Origin: an uncultured bacterium
Lineage (GTDB): Bacteria > Krumholzibacteriota > Krumholzibacteriia > LZORAL124-64-63
Length of the DNA: 64,000 nucleotides
Assembly (NCBI GenBank): GCA_963732385.1
Contig: CAVSZB010000007.1
Span: 1,184,001-1,248,000 of the forward strand
Reading direction: 5' to 3'
Part shown: piece after piece, positions 1 through 11,284 of the stretch
Position numbering within the stretch: the first letter of the stretch is position 1
Layout of the letters: each line of letters opens with the position of its first letter
The notes under the pieces: model-generated
The model's input: the letters and a program-made list of their open reading frames with translations, nothing else
Told to the model about the DNA's origin: nothing
Database searches by the model: none
Position numbers and translations under genes: made by a program

Positions 1-2
1 AC

Positions 3-767
3 GTGCACATGGCGAAGTCGGGCCATGACCTGCAGTGCATCGACTGCCACCGCGGCGAGGGACACCGGGTGCGCGGCCGGGGCGCCGACCTCTCGGCCAC
101 CGACATGCCCGGCGCCACCCTCTCGTGCGCCGAGTCCGGCTGCCACGGCGAGGCTCCGCATCGCAACGCGATCATCAACAAGCACGCCCGCCGCGTCGCC
201 TGCGCGACCTGTCACGTGCCGGTGTTCGCGAAGACCGATCCCACCGACATGGCCCGCGACTGGTCGCGTCCGGTCTACAAGGAGGAGGCGGACAAGTACA
301 CGGCCACGATCGTCCTGCAGAAGGACGTCACGCCGGTCTACGCCTGGTACAACGGACGCACCCGCACCCAGCTGCTCGGCGAGCCGGTGACGCGGATGGC
401 CGACGGCAAGGTCGGCATCATGCTGCCGCAGGGGGACCGCAACGACCCCGAGGCGCGGATCGCCCCCTTCAAGTTCCACGCCGGCCGTCTGCCGCTTTTG
501 ACGGACCGGCAGTGGCTGATCCCGATCGCGGTGGAGGAGTTCTTCGCCGACGGGGAGATCGACGCGGCGGTCCGCGCCGCCGCGAAGCAGCTCTACGGAG
601 TCGAAGATGCGGCGTTCGAGTGGATCGACACCGTGCGCTACATGGGGATCTATCACGAAGTGCAGCCGAAGGCGCAGGCCCTCAAGTGCGCCGCCTGCCA
701 CGGTCCGGGCGAGCGGCTCGACTGGAAGGCGCTCGGCTACCCTGGGGATCCCCGCGCCAAGAAGTGA
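3..767 (+). CDS. multiheme cytochrome c, octaheme tetrathionate-reductase-like, C-terminal part (5' truncated by window edge)
   Basis: CIDCH, CAESGCH (CX4CH), CATCH and CAACH heme motifs; 'VHM..G.DLQCIDCH' and 'ACATCHVP.FA' resemble the OTR family. Confidence 0.75.
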   Translation: MHMAKSGHDLQCIDCHRGEGHRVRGRGADLSATDMPGATLSCAESGCHGEAPHRNAIINKHARRVACATCHVPVFAKTDPTDMARDWSRPVYKEEADKYTATIVLQKDVTPVYAWYNGRTRTQLLGEPVTRMADGKVGIMLPQGDRNDPEARIAPFKFHAGRLPLLTDRQWLIPIAVEEFFADGEIDAAVRAAAKQLYGVEDAAFEWIDTVRYMGIYHEVQPKAQALKCAACHGPGERLDWKALGYPGDPRAKK

Positions 768-790
768 TCCGCGGACAGGACGACACGGGC

Positions 791-825
791 GGGGCCGGCG
801 CCGCGCGACGCCGGCCCCTCTTTTT
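791..825 (+). terminator. intrinsic terminator
   Basis: GGGGCCGGCG/CGCCGGCCCC 10-bp stem followed by TCTTTTT. Confidence 0.8.
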
Positions 826-909
826 GCGGTTTCCGGGCTGCTGAACGGGCGCTTTCGTCAGCTCTGGCCTAATCTGACCGCCATTGCCCAGGCAAAGGAG
901 ACGAACCGC

Positions 910-1491
910 ATGTTCAAGTCGCTGACTCTCGCGCTGGCCTGCGCGGCCGCGCTCATCCTGCCCCTCGCCGTCGCGGCGCAGGAGGCCACCCCCGCCCCCG
1001 CCTTCACCCTGATGAACCAGGAGGGCAAGCCGGTCAGCCTGGCCGACTACGCCGGCAAGATCGTCGTCCTGGAGTGGACCAACTACGAGTGCCCCTTCGT
1101 GAAGCACCACGCCACGGCCGGCACCATGAAGTCGCTCGCCGGGAAATGGGCCGACAAGGGAGTGGTCTGGCTGGCCGTCAACTCCACGCAGCACGCCACC
1201 CGCGCCCTGGACGCCGCCTGGATCGCGGCCACCGGGCTCCCCTACCCCGTGCTCGAGGACTTCGACGGCAGGGTGGGCCATGCCTACGGCGCCCGCACCA
1301 CGCCGCACCTGTTCATTGTCGGCAAAGACGGCAGGCTGGCCTACGAGGGGGCGATCGACGATGACCGCCGGCTGGCCGGCAAGCCGGCCGTGAACTACGT
1401 CGAGCAGGCGCTGGCGGAACTGACGGCGGGCAAGCCCGTGAGCGTCCCGGCCACCGATCCGTACGGCTGCTCGGTGAAGTACAGGGAATAG
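910..1491 (+). CDS. exported redoxin/AhpC-TSA thioredoxin-fold protein
   Basis: AAGGAG RBS, signal peptide, '[13 protein letters not shown]', 'YGARTTPH', C-terminal 'YGCSVKY'. Confidence 0.85.
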   Translation: MFKSLTLALACAAALILPLAVAAQEATPAPAFTLMNQEGKPVSLADYAGKIVVLEWTNYECPFVKHHATAGTMKSLAGKWADKGVVWLAVNSTQHATRALDAAWIAATGLPYPVLEDFDGRVGHAYGARTTPHLFIVGKDGRLAYEGAIDDDRRLAGKPAVNYVEQALAELTAGKPVSVPATDPYGCSVKYRE

Positions 1492-1516
1492 CCCCGTCCG
1501 CCGACAGGAGGCTGGC

Positions 1517-1879
1517 ATGAGCGTCGAAGCTGCCCGCGAAGCCGCGGTGCGCAAGGGGGCGGACCGCATCCTCCGCCACATCTTCCTCTGCTGCGACCAG
1601 ACCGACCCGAAGTGCTGCGACCGGGAGGCCGGGCTGGCGTCGTGGGCGTTCCTGAAGGAGCGGCTCGACGCGCTGCAGCTGACCGGCGCCGGCGGCGTCT
1701 ACCGCACGAAGGTCGACTGCCTGCGGATCTGCCGTCAGGGGCCGATCGCGGTGGTCTACCCGGAGGGGGTCTGGTACCACTCCTGCACGCCGCAGGTCCT
1801 CGAGCGCATCATCCAGGAGCATTTGATCGGGGGCCGACCGGTGGTCGAAAATCTGCTGCTCGGGCCGCCTGCGGGATAA
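1517..1879 (+). CDS. thioredoxin-like [2Fe-2S] ferredoxin
   Basis: 'HIFLC...KCC', '[20 protein letters not shown]', 'IIQEHLIGG'; AGGAGG RBS. Confidence 0.85.
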   Translation: MSVEAAREAAVRKGADRILRHIFLCCDQTDPKCCDREAGLASWAFLKERLDALQLTGAGGVYRTKVDCLRICRQGPIAVVYPEGVWYHSCTPQVLERIIQEHLIGGRPVVENLLLGPPAG

Positions 1880-1897
1880 GCGCCGGCGCGCGCGACG

Positions 1898-2881
1898 TCA
1901 CGCCGCCGCGCGCCCGATCAGCACGCCGCTGGCCGTGGCCACCTCGACCGCGCGAATGTCGCCGAAGCCGGCCTCCGTCAGCAGCCGCTGCGTTTCGGTC
2001 CAGGTGTAGGAGCGGCCCGCCTCCGTCCCCACCAGCATGTTGACGGCGAACCGCGCCGCGGAGGCGGGGCGTGTGCGGCTGTCGTCGAGGTAGAAGTCCT
2101 TCACCATCAGCGCCCCGCCCGGCACGAGCGCGCGCCGCGCCTTGGCGAACAGAGCGGCGATCCCGTCCCGGCCCAGGCTGTGGATGATGTTGGACACGTA
2201 GACGCAGTCGTAGCCCTCGCCAAGCTCGTCCGTGAAGTAGTCCCCGGCCACCGTCCCCACGCGCGCCGACAGGCCCGCCCGCGCGATCTCCTCGCGGGCG
2301 ATCGCCACCACCTCCGGCAGGTCGTACACGTCGCAGGCCAGCTGCGGATGGAGCCGCGCGAAGGTGATCGCCGCGGTGCCGGGACCGCCCCCGAGATCGA
2401 GCAGCCGGCGGAACGGTGAGAAGTCAATCTTCGCCGCCACCTCCTCGCTGGAGGCGCGCGAAACGTCCGCCATGCCGCAGATGAAGGCCCGCAGCTCGGC
2501 GGGCTGTCGCGACTGCTGCGCGCGGGGCGCCGGCCGTCCGGTGCGCACGACCTCGGGCAGGTGCGCCCAGCGGGCGATCAGGTGGTGATGATGCTCGTAG
2601 ATCGCCGCCTGCGACTGCGCGCCGTCGGGCAGCAGCAGCGGCGCACAGTCGGGCGCGAGGCCGAAGCCGTCCGGCGTCCCGATCAGCACCGCCTCGGCCG
2701 CGAGCGCCAGCAGCAGGAGTTCGAGGGCCCGCGCATCGACCTGCAGTTCGACGGCGAGATCGGCCGCGGCGCGCGGACCGTCACGCAGCGCCCGGAACAG
2801 GCCGAGGTGATTCGCGGTCAGCAGGATGAAGGCGTTCTGGTAGCCGTGCACGAGGGCATCGAGGCGGGCGCGGGGTTCCAT
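1898..2881 (-). CDS. SAM-dependent O-methyltransferase with dimerisation domain
   Basis: 'LLDLGGGPG', 'YDLPEV', 'GDYF', 'SNIIH'. Confidence 0.85.
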   Translation of the reverse strand: MEPRARLDALVHGYQNAFILLTANHLGLFRALRDGPRAAADLAVELQVDARALELLLLALAAEAVLIGTPDGFGLAPDCAPLLLPDGAQSQAAIYEHHHHLIARWAHLPEVVRTGRPAPRAQQSRQPAELRAFICGMADVSRASSEEVAAKIDFSPFRRLLDLGGGPGTAAITFARLHPQLACDVYDLPEVVAIAREEIARAGLSARVGTVAGDYFTDELGEGYDCVYVSNIIHSLGRDGIAALFAKARRALVPGGALMVKDFYLDDSRTRPASAARFAVNMLVGTEAGRSYTWTETQRLLTEAGFGDIRAVEVATASGVLIGRAAA

Positions 2882-2896
2882 GGCGACCTCCCGGAG

Positions 2897-3544
2897 CTAG
2901 GTGGCGGCCGCGACAGCGGCCGCGTGCTGCGCGGCGACGATTTCGCGCACCCGACGCCCGAGCGGTTCGTCGGCCACCAGTTGCGCCACCCACTGGCGAC
3001 GCTCCTTGAGCTGCCGCTTCTCCATCAGCAGGGGCAGCAGGCCGCCGGCGTCGGCGAGCGAGAGCAGTAGCAGCGTCCGCCGATCACGCTGCGTCGTCTC
3101 GGCGAGGATCAGGCGGCGCAGGCGCTCGCGGATCTCCCGTTCGGGCCGGGGATCCACCTCCGGATAGATCTTCCGCCGGAAGAACAGCAGGACGGTCCGC
3201 TCGTCGGCCCGCAGCACTCCCTGCCGGCAGAGTCCCTGCGCGATGCGAGCCTGCAGCTGCTTCGCCCCGGCGAACCGGGCGATCCAGGTCCCGGCCTGGC
3301 CGCGCCGGCTCGCCGCGACCACCTTCGCCAGGCACTCGTCGAGCAGCGATTCGCCGAGCGGCCGGGGATCGGCCGCCTCCACGAACAGCTTCCGCCCCTC
3401 GACCCGCAGCGCCACCCGGCCGGCCTCCACCAGTTCCGCCAGCAGCGCGGCGCCGACCGCCGTCGGCCAGGCGACCCAGTGGGCCGTGCCCTCGCGTTCG
3501 CGCAGGGCGAGCAGCAGCAGTTCCTCTTGCAGCTTCAGCGTCAT
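2897..3544 (-). CDS. GPP34/GOLPH3-family protein
   Basis: 'MTLKLQEELLLLAL', 'ALLAELVEAGRV', 'LCRQGVLRADERTVLLFF...YP'; ATG overlaps upstream stop. Confidence 0.75.
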   Translation of the reverse strand: MTLKLQEELLLLALREREGTAHWVAWPTAVGAALLAELVEAGRVALRVEGRKLFVEAADPRPLGESLLDECLAKVVAASRRGQAGTWIARFAGAKQLQARIAQGLCRQGVLRADERTVLLFFRRKIYPEVDPRPEREIRERLRRLILAETTQRDRRTLLLLSLADAGGLLPLLMEKRQLKERRQWVAQLVADEPLGRRVREIVAAQHAAAVAAAT

Positions 3545-5545
3545 GCCGGCCCCTCCCTTCCGGTGATCCCGTCGGGCAGCCCCCGCACGACCGCCGCCAG
3601 GCCCGGCAGCGGCCCCGGTTCGCCGTCGCAGGCGGCCACCTCCGCCAGCAGCTCGTTCAGCTGGCGCAGTCCGGACGGGATCCATTGCGCGTACCAGGCC
3701 TTCCCTTTCACGCGCGACAGGAAGGCGAAGGCCCCCAGCGCCTGCATGATCCGCTGCAGACCAGCCACGGCGGCCATCCGGCACAGGAGGATCGGGTCGA
3801 GATCGGGGCCGCCCCGGGCCGCCAGCCGGTCGCGATAGTAGGCGAGGAGCGGACCCCGCTCCGCCGCCGGCAGATCGACGTACGGATCGCGCAGCAGCGA
3901 GACGACGTCGTACAGCAGCGGTCCCCGGCGCATCCCCTGGAAGTCTACGAGCCGCACCTGCCCGTCGTGGAAGAGGATGTTCTGCGACTGGAAATCGCGG
4001 TGCATCAGGACGACCGGCTGCCCAAGCGCCGCCCGCGCGAGTCGCGCGCAGTCGTCGTCGAGAGCCGCCGTTTCGCCCGCCGGCACCCCGCACAGTTCGA
4101 CCAGGAATCGCTGGCGGAAGTAGTCGGTCTCCCAGCGCAGGGTGTCGTAATCGAAGAGACGATCGCCGGCCTCGGGACAGCGGGAGAGGACCGCGGTGCC
4201 GCGGGTCTGCAGATCCACGAGCAGGTCGATGACCGGACGGTACAGATCGCCCAGCGGATCGAGGGTCGTGGTGGCGAGCCGGTGCAGCGTGGCATCGCCG
4301 AGATCCTCCATCAGCACGGCGCCCCGCTCCATGTCGGCGGCCAGTAGCCGCGGTCCCCCCAGCTGTTCGGCCTGGAGAAACCGCCCCACGGCGAGATAGC
4401 GCGCCAGATCGGGATCGTCTGCCGTCGTGCGCATCAGGACGGCGGTCGCGGCCGGCGCACCCGTCGGCGCGCAGAGGCGCCAGAAGGAGCGGTCCGAACC
4501 CTGTTCCACCAGCGGCTCGACGCGCGTGTCCGGCCCGAAGCCGGCGCCACGCACGATCGCCAGGCGCGGGATCTCATTCTCCTCCTGCGTGACCGCCCAG
4601 CCGAGACCGAGCAGGGCCCGGTGCCAGCCCGCGCCGGTCGGCACGGTCACTCCGTCAAGTACGACGCAGTCGACCAGGCGCGCCCCCGCGGCCACGCGCG
4701 CGCCGCGGCCCAGGCTGAGGAACCCCTCCACGTGCGCGGCCGGATCGACCGCCGCCCCCTCCGCGAGGTACAGGGCCGCGCCCTCCCCGGCCGGCCGCGG
4801 CCAGCCGGTCCGTCCCTCCACGAGCAGGTCCCGATGCGCGCCGAGCAGGCGCGCGATAGTGCCGAGATCGTTCCAGTAGAGCGGAGCGGGCGCGAAGCCC
4901 CGCACCGCTCCGGGCCGATCGGCGAGAGCCGACAGCAGAGCCTCCACCAGCGTGGCATAGCCGCTCCCGGGGAGCCAGCGGAAGAGCCCCGGGTCGATGA
5001 CCGCCACCCCGGTGTAGGTGAGCAGCCGCGTCCCGTCGTCCGGCGGGGCCGCGTGACGACCGTTGATGTCGAGAACCGTCCCGTCCGGCGCGAGCAGCAC
5101 GCTGTTGGTGGCGGGATCGTCGGCCAGGGCCAGCGTGACGAGCGCTCCGCCCGCGCCGTGCGCGGCCTCCAGGGCCCGCAGGTCGAGATCGGTGAGCACG
5201 TCGCCGTTGTGCAGCAGGAAGGGCTCGCCCTGGTCGAGAAACGCGCGCGCGTTCACCAGGGCCCCGCCGGTGCCGAGGATGTCCGGTTCGTGCAGCAGCC
5301 GGTACTCGCAGGCGTGATCGGACAGGGCGAACTGCTCCACACAACGCGCGATCTGCTCCGGGAGGTGATGGCTGTTGATCGCGATCCGCCGCGCCCCCGC
5401 GGCGCGCAGCCCCTCCACCACCAGCGCCAGCAACGGGCGACCCAGCACCGGCACCAGCGGCTTGGGCAGGCGGTCGGTCAGCGGCCGCAGACGCGTGCCG
5501 TATCCTGCCGCGAGGACCATCGCCCGGGAGACGGTTGCCGACACC

Positions 5546-5553
<8 letters not shown>
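3541..5553 (-). CDS. fused MurU-like nucleotidyltransferase + AmgK-like sugar phosphotransferase
   Basis: N-terminal 'MVLAAGYGTRLRPLT...PKPL', 'LGTGG', 'NGDV'; C-terminal APH fold 'GSDRSFWRL', 'HRDFQSQNIL', 'VDFQG'; adjacent namZ. Confidence 0.85.
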
Positions 5554-6727
<1,174 letters not shown>

Positions 6728-6795
6728 GGCGGGATGATAGACGCCCGCCGCGCGGAAGTCGAGATCGTCGCGAGGCGGCTGAAGCCAGTGCGTCG

Positions 6796-6831
6796 AAAAA
6801 TAAACCGGGGGGACGTGATCGCCCCCCCGGT
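6796..6831 (-). terminator. intrinsic terminator after porin gene
   Basis: ACCGGGGGG/CCCCCCGGT stem followed on - strand by TTATTTTT. Confidence 0.75.
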
Positions 6832-6862
6832 GCTGATCTGCAGGGTTGCCGACGAAAGCCGG

Positions 6863-8104
6863 TCAGAATGCCGCGATCAACCCCACCGTCAACCGCGCCT
6901 TCTTTTCCTGCAGATCCCGCCCACCCTCGAGCATCAGGCGGACATTGCGCGCGACCAGATGATTCACGGTCAGCGATACGGTCTCCCGGTCGGCGCCCTC
7001 ATAGGTAGTCTCGGAGCCAGTGCCGTCATCATCGGATTCGACCAGGTTGTAGAGGACCGAGAAGGCCAGGCGGCCGTTCTCGCCCCGCGGAAACAGGTGC
7101 AGCTCCGCGAAGCCGCCCCGCGTGACTTGCGTGTTCTCGACGCCGACGAACCACGGATCATCATCCTCGCGGTAGAGGAACTGGGCGTTGAGCTGCGCCT
7201 TATCCCCCAGGTTCACCACCAGGTCCGGGCCGACGTAGAAGGTTTCGTTGGTGGCGCCGGCCAGCTCCACCTCGCCGTCGGGAACGTACTCGGTCGTGCG
7301 CCCCCAGTAGCCGAAGGCGCCAACCCGCACCGGTCCGCTCCAGCGCGAGGCGCGCGCGGCGACGTTCTTGTTGCGGTCGTCGTCGAAGCGCACGAAATCG
7401 GAGATCCCCTCCTCGCCCACCTCGCCGATCCCGTTGCCGTTGATGATCTGCGCCGAGAAATCGACGCCGCCTGGCAGGGCGCGCGACAGCACGATGCCCC
7501 GATCGTAAGTGAGGTTTACGGGCGAATCGCCGACCTTCGTCTTGTAGATCAGGTAATCGTAGCGCTCGAGGCGCAGCTCCCGCTTGAACAGCGGATCGCA
7601 CACCTGGAACTGGCCGGCCATCAGGGTGAAGCCGCTGCCCAGGATGTCGTTCACCTGGAGGTAGGCGTCCTCCAGGCCGGTCACCGCGCCATGCTCGGCC
7701 AGGAAATAGAAGTAGTAAGAAACCTGCCTCCCGATCGGGCCGCCTGAAAGCACCTTCCACACCCAGGGCGACTCGAAATCGGTGCGGGCGCGGGCATCCT
7801 CCTTCCAGGAGAGGAACCCCTCCATGCGCACCGCCAGCGGCAAATCGCGCGGCAGGGCCAGCAGCGGATCGCCCACGTCGTAGGTGGCGCGGGCCGGCTC
7901 CTGGGCCGCATCGAGCCGGAAACCCCTGGCGGCGAACTCTTCGCCGTACGGCTTGAGCCGGGGAAACGGCGCGTGACAGGTCGTGCAGGACATCTGGTAC
8001 TTGCGGGCGAAAGCCGGGATCGCGCCGGCGTCGTTCCAGGCGGACGCCAGGGCGAGCGTCAGGACACCGAGCATCAGGGCCGCGCGGCGGGCTCTCGGGT
8101 TCAT
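6863..8104 (-). CDS. outer-membrane beta-barrel/porin with N-terminal CxxCH (ExtI-like)
   Basis: signal peptide, then 'IPAFARKYQMSCTTCHAPFPRLKPYGEEF'; amphipathic strands; C-terminal Phe; GGAGGAGG RBS. Confidence 0.75.
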   Translation of the reverse strand: MNPRARRAALMLGVLTLALASAWNDAGAIPAFARKYQMSCTTCHAPFPRLKPYGEEFAARGFRLDAAQEPARATYDVGDPLLALPRDLPLAVRMEGFLSWKEDARARTDFESPWVWKVLSGGPIGRQVSYYFYFLAEHGAVTGLEDAYLQVNDILGSGFTLMAGQFQVCDPLFKRELRLERYDYLIYKTKVGDSPVNLTYDRGIVLSRALPGGVDFSAQIINGNGIGEVGEEGISDFVRFDDDRNKNVAARASRWSGPVRVGAFGYWGRTTEYVPDGEVELAGATNETFYVGPDLVVNLGDKAQLNAQFLYREDDDPWFVGVENTQVTRGGFAELHLFPRGENGRLAFSVLYNLVESDDDGTGSETTYEGADRETVSLTVNHLVARNVRLMLEGGRDLQEKKARLTVGLIAAF

Positions 8105-8124
8105 CGCGTGCCTCCTCCCCGTCC

Positions 8125-9483
8125 TCACAGGACGTTGAACGTGGTCGAGTGGGTGTTGATCAGGACCGGCTGCGACTCCTCGCGCGGCACCTTCAGGTGT
8201 TCGGCCACCGAGGAGACGAGGCGGGAGTACCACACTTCGGCCGTGATCGTGACCACCCCGGGCGCGACGTCGTTGGGCAGTTTCCAGCTGAAGGTTTCGT
8301 TCACCGCGGCGAGCGGCGCCAGCCGGTAGTCGGGACCGAAGGAGGCGGTGCCCCACTGCGCGACCGTCATCCGGCCCTGCGGATCGAGGTACGGCAGCCG
8401 GAAGATGCGGTCGCCCGCAGGCACCTCGCCGTCGCGCTTGAGCCCGGGAAAGCCGGCCACGCCGGTGATGTCGCCGATGTCCTGGTAGGCCATCGCCGTC
8501 GCCGAGGCGATCGTCATCTCCTCGCCGGCGAATCCCTTGGCGTCGACCGGCAGATGCCACGTCCGCCCGGCGGCATCGCGGGCCGTCACGTGCAGCCAGA
8601 GCACCCGTTCCTCGGCCGAGCCCGACGGGACCTTGTGGCCCGCCTTCGCATTGACCAGCACGGCGGTCAGCTTGACCGGGTCGCCCGGCTCCGCCTCGCG
8701 CGCCTCGGGGTGGATCCGCACCTCGACCACGCCGGCCAGCTTGCCGGGATCGTGCGCGCCGTGGAACAGGTGCTGGCGCACGTCGGGCAGCGCCTCGCTG
8801 ACAGCCGCGGCGTATCCGGCGGCGGGCGGCATGTGGCAGTCCTGGCAGACGATGCCACCCTTCCCCTGCGGCCCTTCCTTCCACTCCAGATGCGTCGACT
8901 TCACCCAGAGGCCCCACGGGTTCTTCTCGTTGTGGCAGGTGCCGCAGAACTCGGCGGTGCCGAGGAACGGATTGACCGCGATGCCATGATAGGGACTCTC
9001 GCGACCGGCACGGGTGCCCTGCTTCACGGATCCCGGCTCGCTGATCCAGTTGAAATTGAACGGCGTGTCGCCCGCGAAGCCGGTGATCGTGTGACAGAGA
9101 TCGCATGACACGCTCTCGTTGGCCCGACTGTTGGCCGCCGGATGCGGCGGCGGCACGTCGCCGGCCAGGAAGGCCAGCGGCGCGTGGCAGCCGTTGCAGC
9201 CGGCCTTCACGCCCGCCACCTTCATCTCCTTTTCAGCGTGCGGCACCGCGAGCGCGAAATACTCGATTTCGTCCCAGTGGTGTGTGTAAGCCTGCGACAT
9301 CATCGCCTGTTCGTGCTGCCGGGCGGCATCGACATGGCAGGTCGCGCAGGCCTGCGGACGCTCGTAGTCGTCGTACTTGCGACTGCCGAGCGCGTCATCC
9401 CCGGCCTTGGGTTGAGCCGATGCGACCACGGCGGCCAGCAGCAAAGGTGCGGAAACCATCAATGCGATCCTTGCGGCACGCAT
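8125..9483 (-). CDS. exported pentaheme cytochrome c (c554-like)
   Basis: signal peptide; CATCH, CNGCH, CDLCH, CGTCH, CQDCH; GGAGGAGGT RBS. Confidence 0.9.
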   Translation of the reverse strand: MRAARIALMVSAPLLLAAVVASAQPKAGDDALGSRKYDDYERPQACATCHVDAARQHEQAMMSQAYTHHWDEIEYFALAVPHAEKEMKVAGVKAGCNGCHAPLAFLAGDVPPPHPAANSRANESVSCDLCHTITGFAGDTPFNFNWISEPGSVKQGTRAGRESPYHGIAVNPFLGTAEFCGTCHNEKNPWGLWVKSTHLEWKEGPQGKGGIVCQDCHMPPAAGYAAAVSEALPDVRQHLFHGAHDPGKLAGVVEVRIHPEAREAEPGDPVKLTAVLVNAKAGHKVPSGSAEERVLWLHVTARDAAGRTWHLPVDAKGFAGEEMTIASATAMAYQDIGDITGVAGFPGLKRDGEVPAGDRIFRLPYLDPQGRMTVAQWGTASFGPDYRLAPLAAVNETFSWKLPNDVAPGVVTITAEVWYSRLVSSVAEHLKVPREESQPVLINTHSTTFNVL

Positions 9484-9669
9484 GAAATACCTCCTCCGGA
9501 AGTCGACACCGATTCGTGGCCGGGGATGTGCGGAGAATGTCCGGTCGATCGGGTGTTGTCAATGGCCGGGTGCCTCGTCAGCGACCGGGCCGGCTTGACA
9601 CCCCCGACGAACGATCGGAAATTGTGCGCAACGAATTCCCGCCCCCGACTCCGGACCACGAAGGATGCT

Positions 9670-9996
9670 GTGAACGCGGCCTCCGACACGCCGACCGGAA
9701 GCGCTCCCGGGCGCAGGCGCCGCCAGGCCACGGCTCTGGCGACGTGTCACCTGCTGCTGTTCGTCGTCCTGCCCATGGCGCACGCGGCGCTGCCGATACA
9801 CGACAGTTCCGCGGGCGCGCACGCCTGCCCCCTTTGCCAGAGCCTCCAGCGGGGGATCGACGCGCTTCCGACCGGAAACATCGACGCGGTCCAGGCGGCC
9901 CCGTTGGCCGCGTCGCTGGTCGAGCGACCCGCCGCCGCCCTCCAGTCCGACGACAACCACGACCCCGCCGCACCTCGGGCACCACCCCCCGCCTGA
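9670..9996 (+). CDS. DUF2946-like (CruR/CutF-type) leader peptide; start uncertain
   Basis: basic N-terminus, hydrophobic stretch, HACPLC, C-terminal PRAPPPA; GTG preceded by AAGGA; lies upstream of metal-uptake genes. Confidence 0.7.
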   Translation: MNAASDTPTGSAPGRRRRQATALATCHLLLFVVLPMAHAALPIHDSSAGAHACPLCQSLQRGIDALPTGNIDAVQAAPLAASLVERPAAALQSDDNHDPAAPRAPPPA

Positions 9997-10124
9997 CCTC
10001 CGGCCGCGCGTCAGCGCGCCGATCGGTTCCTGAGTCACCAGTCGCCGCCGCCTGGCGCCCCGGACCCCGCGTCCGCGCGTCACCACGGCTGTGCCCGCCA
10101 CTCCGGACCTGGAGGACAGGCCCC

Positions 10125-11267
10125 ATGCCTCGACGTATCCTGACGCCACTATTCGGCGTGCTGACACTCCTGCTGGCCGGCGCACCGGCGCTGGCCGGTG
10201 TGGCCAATCCCGACCTGTCGGCGATCGGTCAGCCGTTCCTGAGACTGACCACCGAGCCCGCCAACCCTGACCGCGACCGCCCGCGGATGGACCCCGGCGA
10301 AACCGAACTTGTCTTCGACGCCTTCCTGAACCCGTATGCCAGGGGCTGCTTCACCCTCGCGCTCGACGAGGAGGGGCTGGCGCTGGAGGAGGGCTACTTC
10401 ACGCTCCTGCGCGGACTGCCCGGTGGCCTGAACCTCAAGGGAGGCAAGTACCGCGTCGGCTTCGGCAAGCTCAACGCGGCCCACCCCCACACCTATCCAT
10501 TCTTCGAGCGATTTCGCGTGCTTTCGACCTATCTGCCTGGAGAAGAATCGTTTAACGAAACAGGAATCTCGCTGTCCGAGCGGCTGCCGAGCCCGGGCGA
10601 GTCCTCGCTCACGGCGTCGGTGGACTGGCTGCAGGGGGATTCCTTCCGGCGACCGCGCGAAGCGACCGTCGACGAAAACGATCCGCTGGCGACGGACGAG
10701 GCCGGCGACCGCGCGGGCGAGTCGCGGCCCGCGGTCCTGGGCCGGCTGAGCGCCTTCACCATGGTGGGCGAACGGTCCGGCCTCGAGCTGGGAATGTCGG
10801 CTGCGCACGGCACCAACAACGTTGCGGCCGCGACCCGCACAACGATCTGGGGCGCCGACGCCAAGGCGAAGCTCTGGACTTCCGAACGCGCCTGCCTGCT
10901 GCTGCAGGCCGAGGCGCTCAGGCTCCGACGCGACGACGCCGGTTGGGACGCCGAAACGGGCGCCTGCCAACTCGAGCGGGTCGACTCCTGGGGCTGGTAC
11001 GCCTTCGCCGACTGGAACCTCAGCCCGCGCTGGAATGTCGGCGGATCGTACGAACGGTTCCAGCGCGACGACGCAGCGCGGAAGTGGGACCACGCGGTCG
11101 GCCTCTTCGCCGGCTGCGCGTTGATGGAGGAAACCACCGTCTTCCGCCTCGGGTGGGAACGGTTCCAGGCCGCGACCGCGGCTGAAGAGCCGGTACCCGA
11201 GGCCATAGACACCTTCACGCTGCGGGTCATCTTCGCGATGGGCCCGCACAAGGCGCACCAGTTCTGA
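10125..11267 (+). CDS. outer-membrane metal-uptake beta-barrel (Zn-regulated receptor-like)
   Basis: GGAGG RBS, signal peptide, 'NPDLSAIG', 'FGKLNAAHPHTYPF', His-rich C-terminus 'GPHKAHQF'. Confidence 0.75.
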   Translation: MPRRILTPLFGVLTLLLAGAPALAGVANPDLSAIGQPFLRLTTEPANPDRDRPRMDPGETELVFDAFLNPYARGCFTLALDEEGLALEEGYFTLLRGLPGGLNLKGGKYRVGFGKLNAAHPHTYPFFERFRVLSTYLPGEESFNETGISLSERLPSPGESSLTASVDWLQGDSFRRPREATVDENDPLATDEAGDRAGESRPAVLGRLSAFTMVGERSGLELGMSAAHGTNNVAAATRTTIWGADAKAKLWTSERACLLLQAEALRLRRDDAGWDAETGACQLERVDSWGWYAFADWNLSPRWNVGGSYERFQRDDAARKWDHAVGLFAGCALMEETTVFRLGWERFQAATAAEEPVPEAIDTFTLRVIFAMGPHKAHQF

Positions 11268-11284
11268 CCGGGAGGAACCAGCCG

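Noticed and set aside
6863..9106. apparent 747-aa ORF
   Set aside because: The N-terminal part overlaps the pentaheme gene out of frame. The real start is 8104, with RBS and signal peptide.
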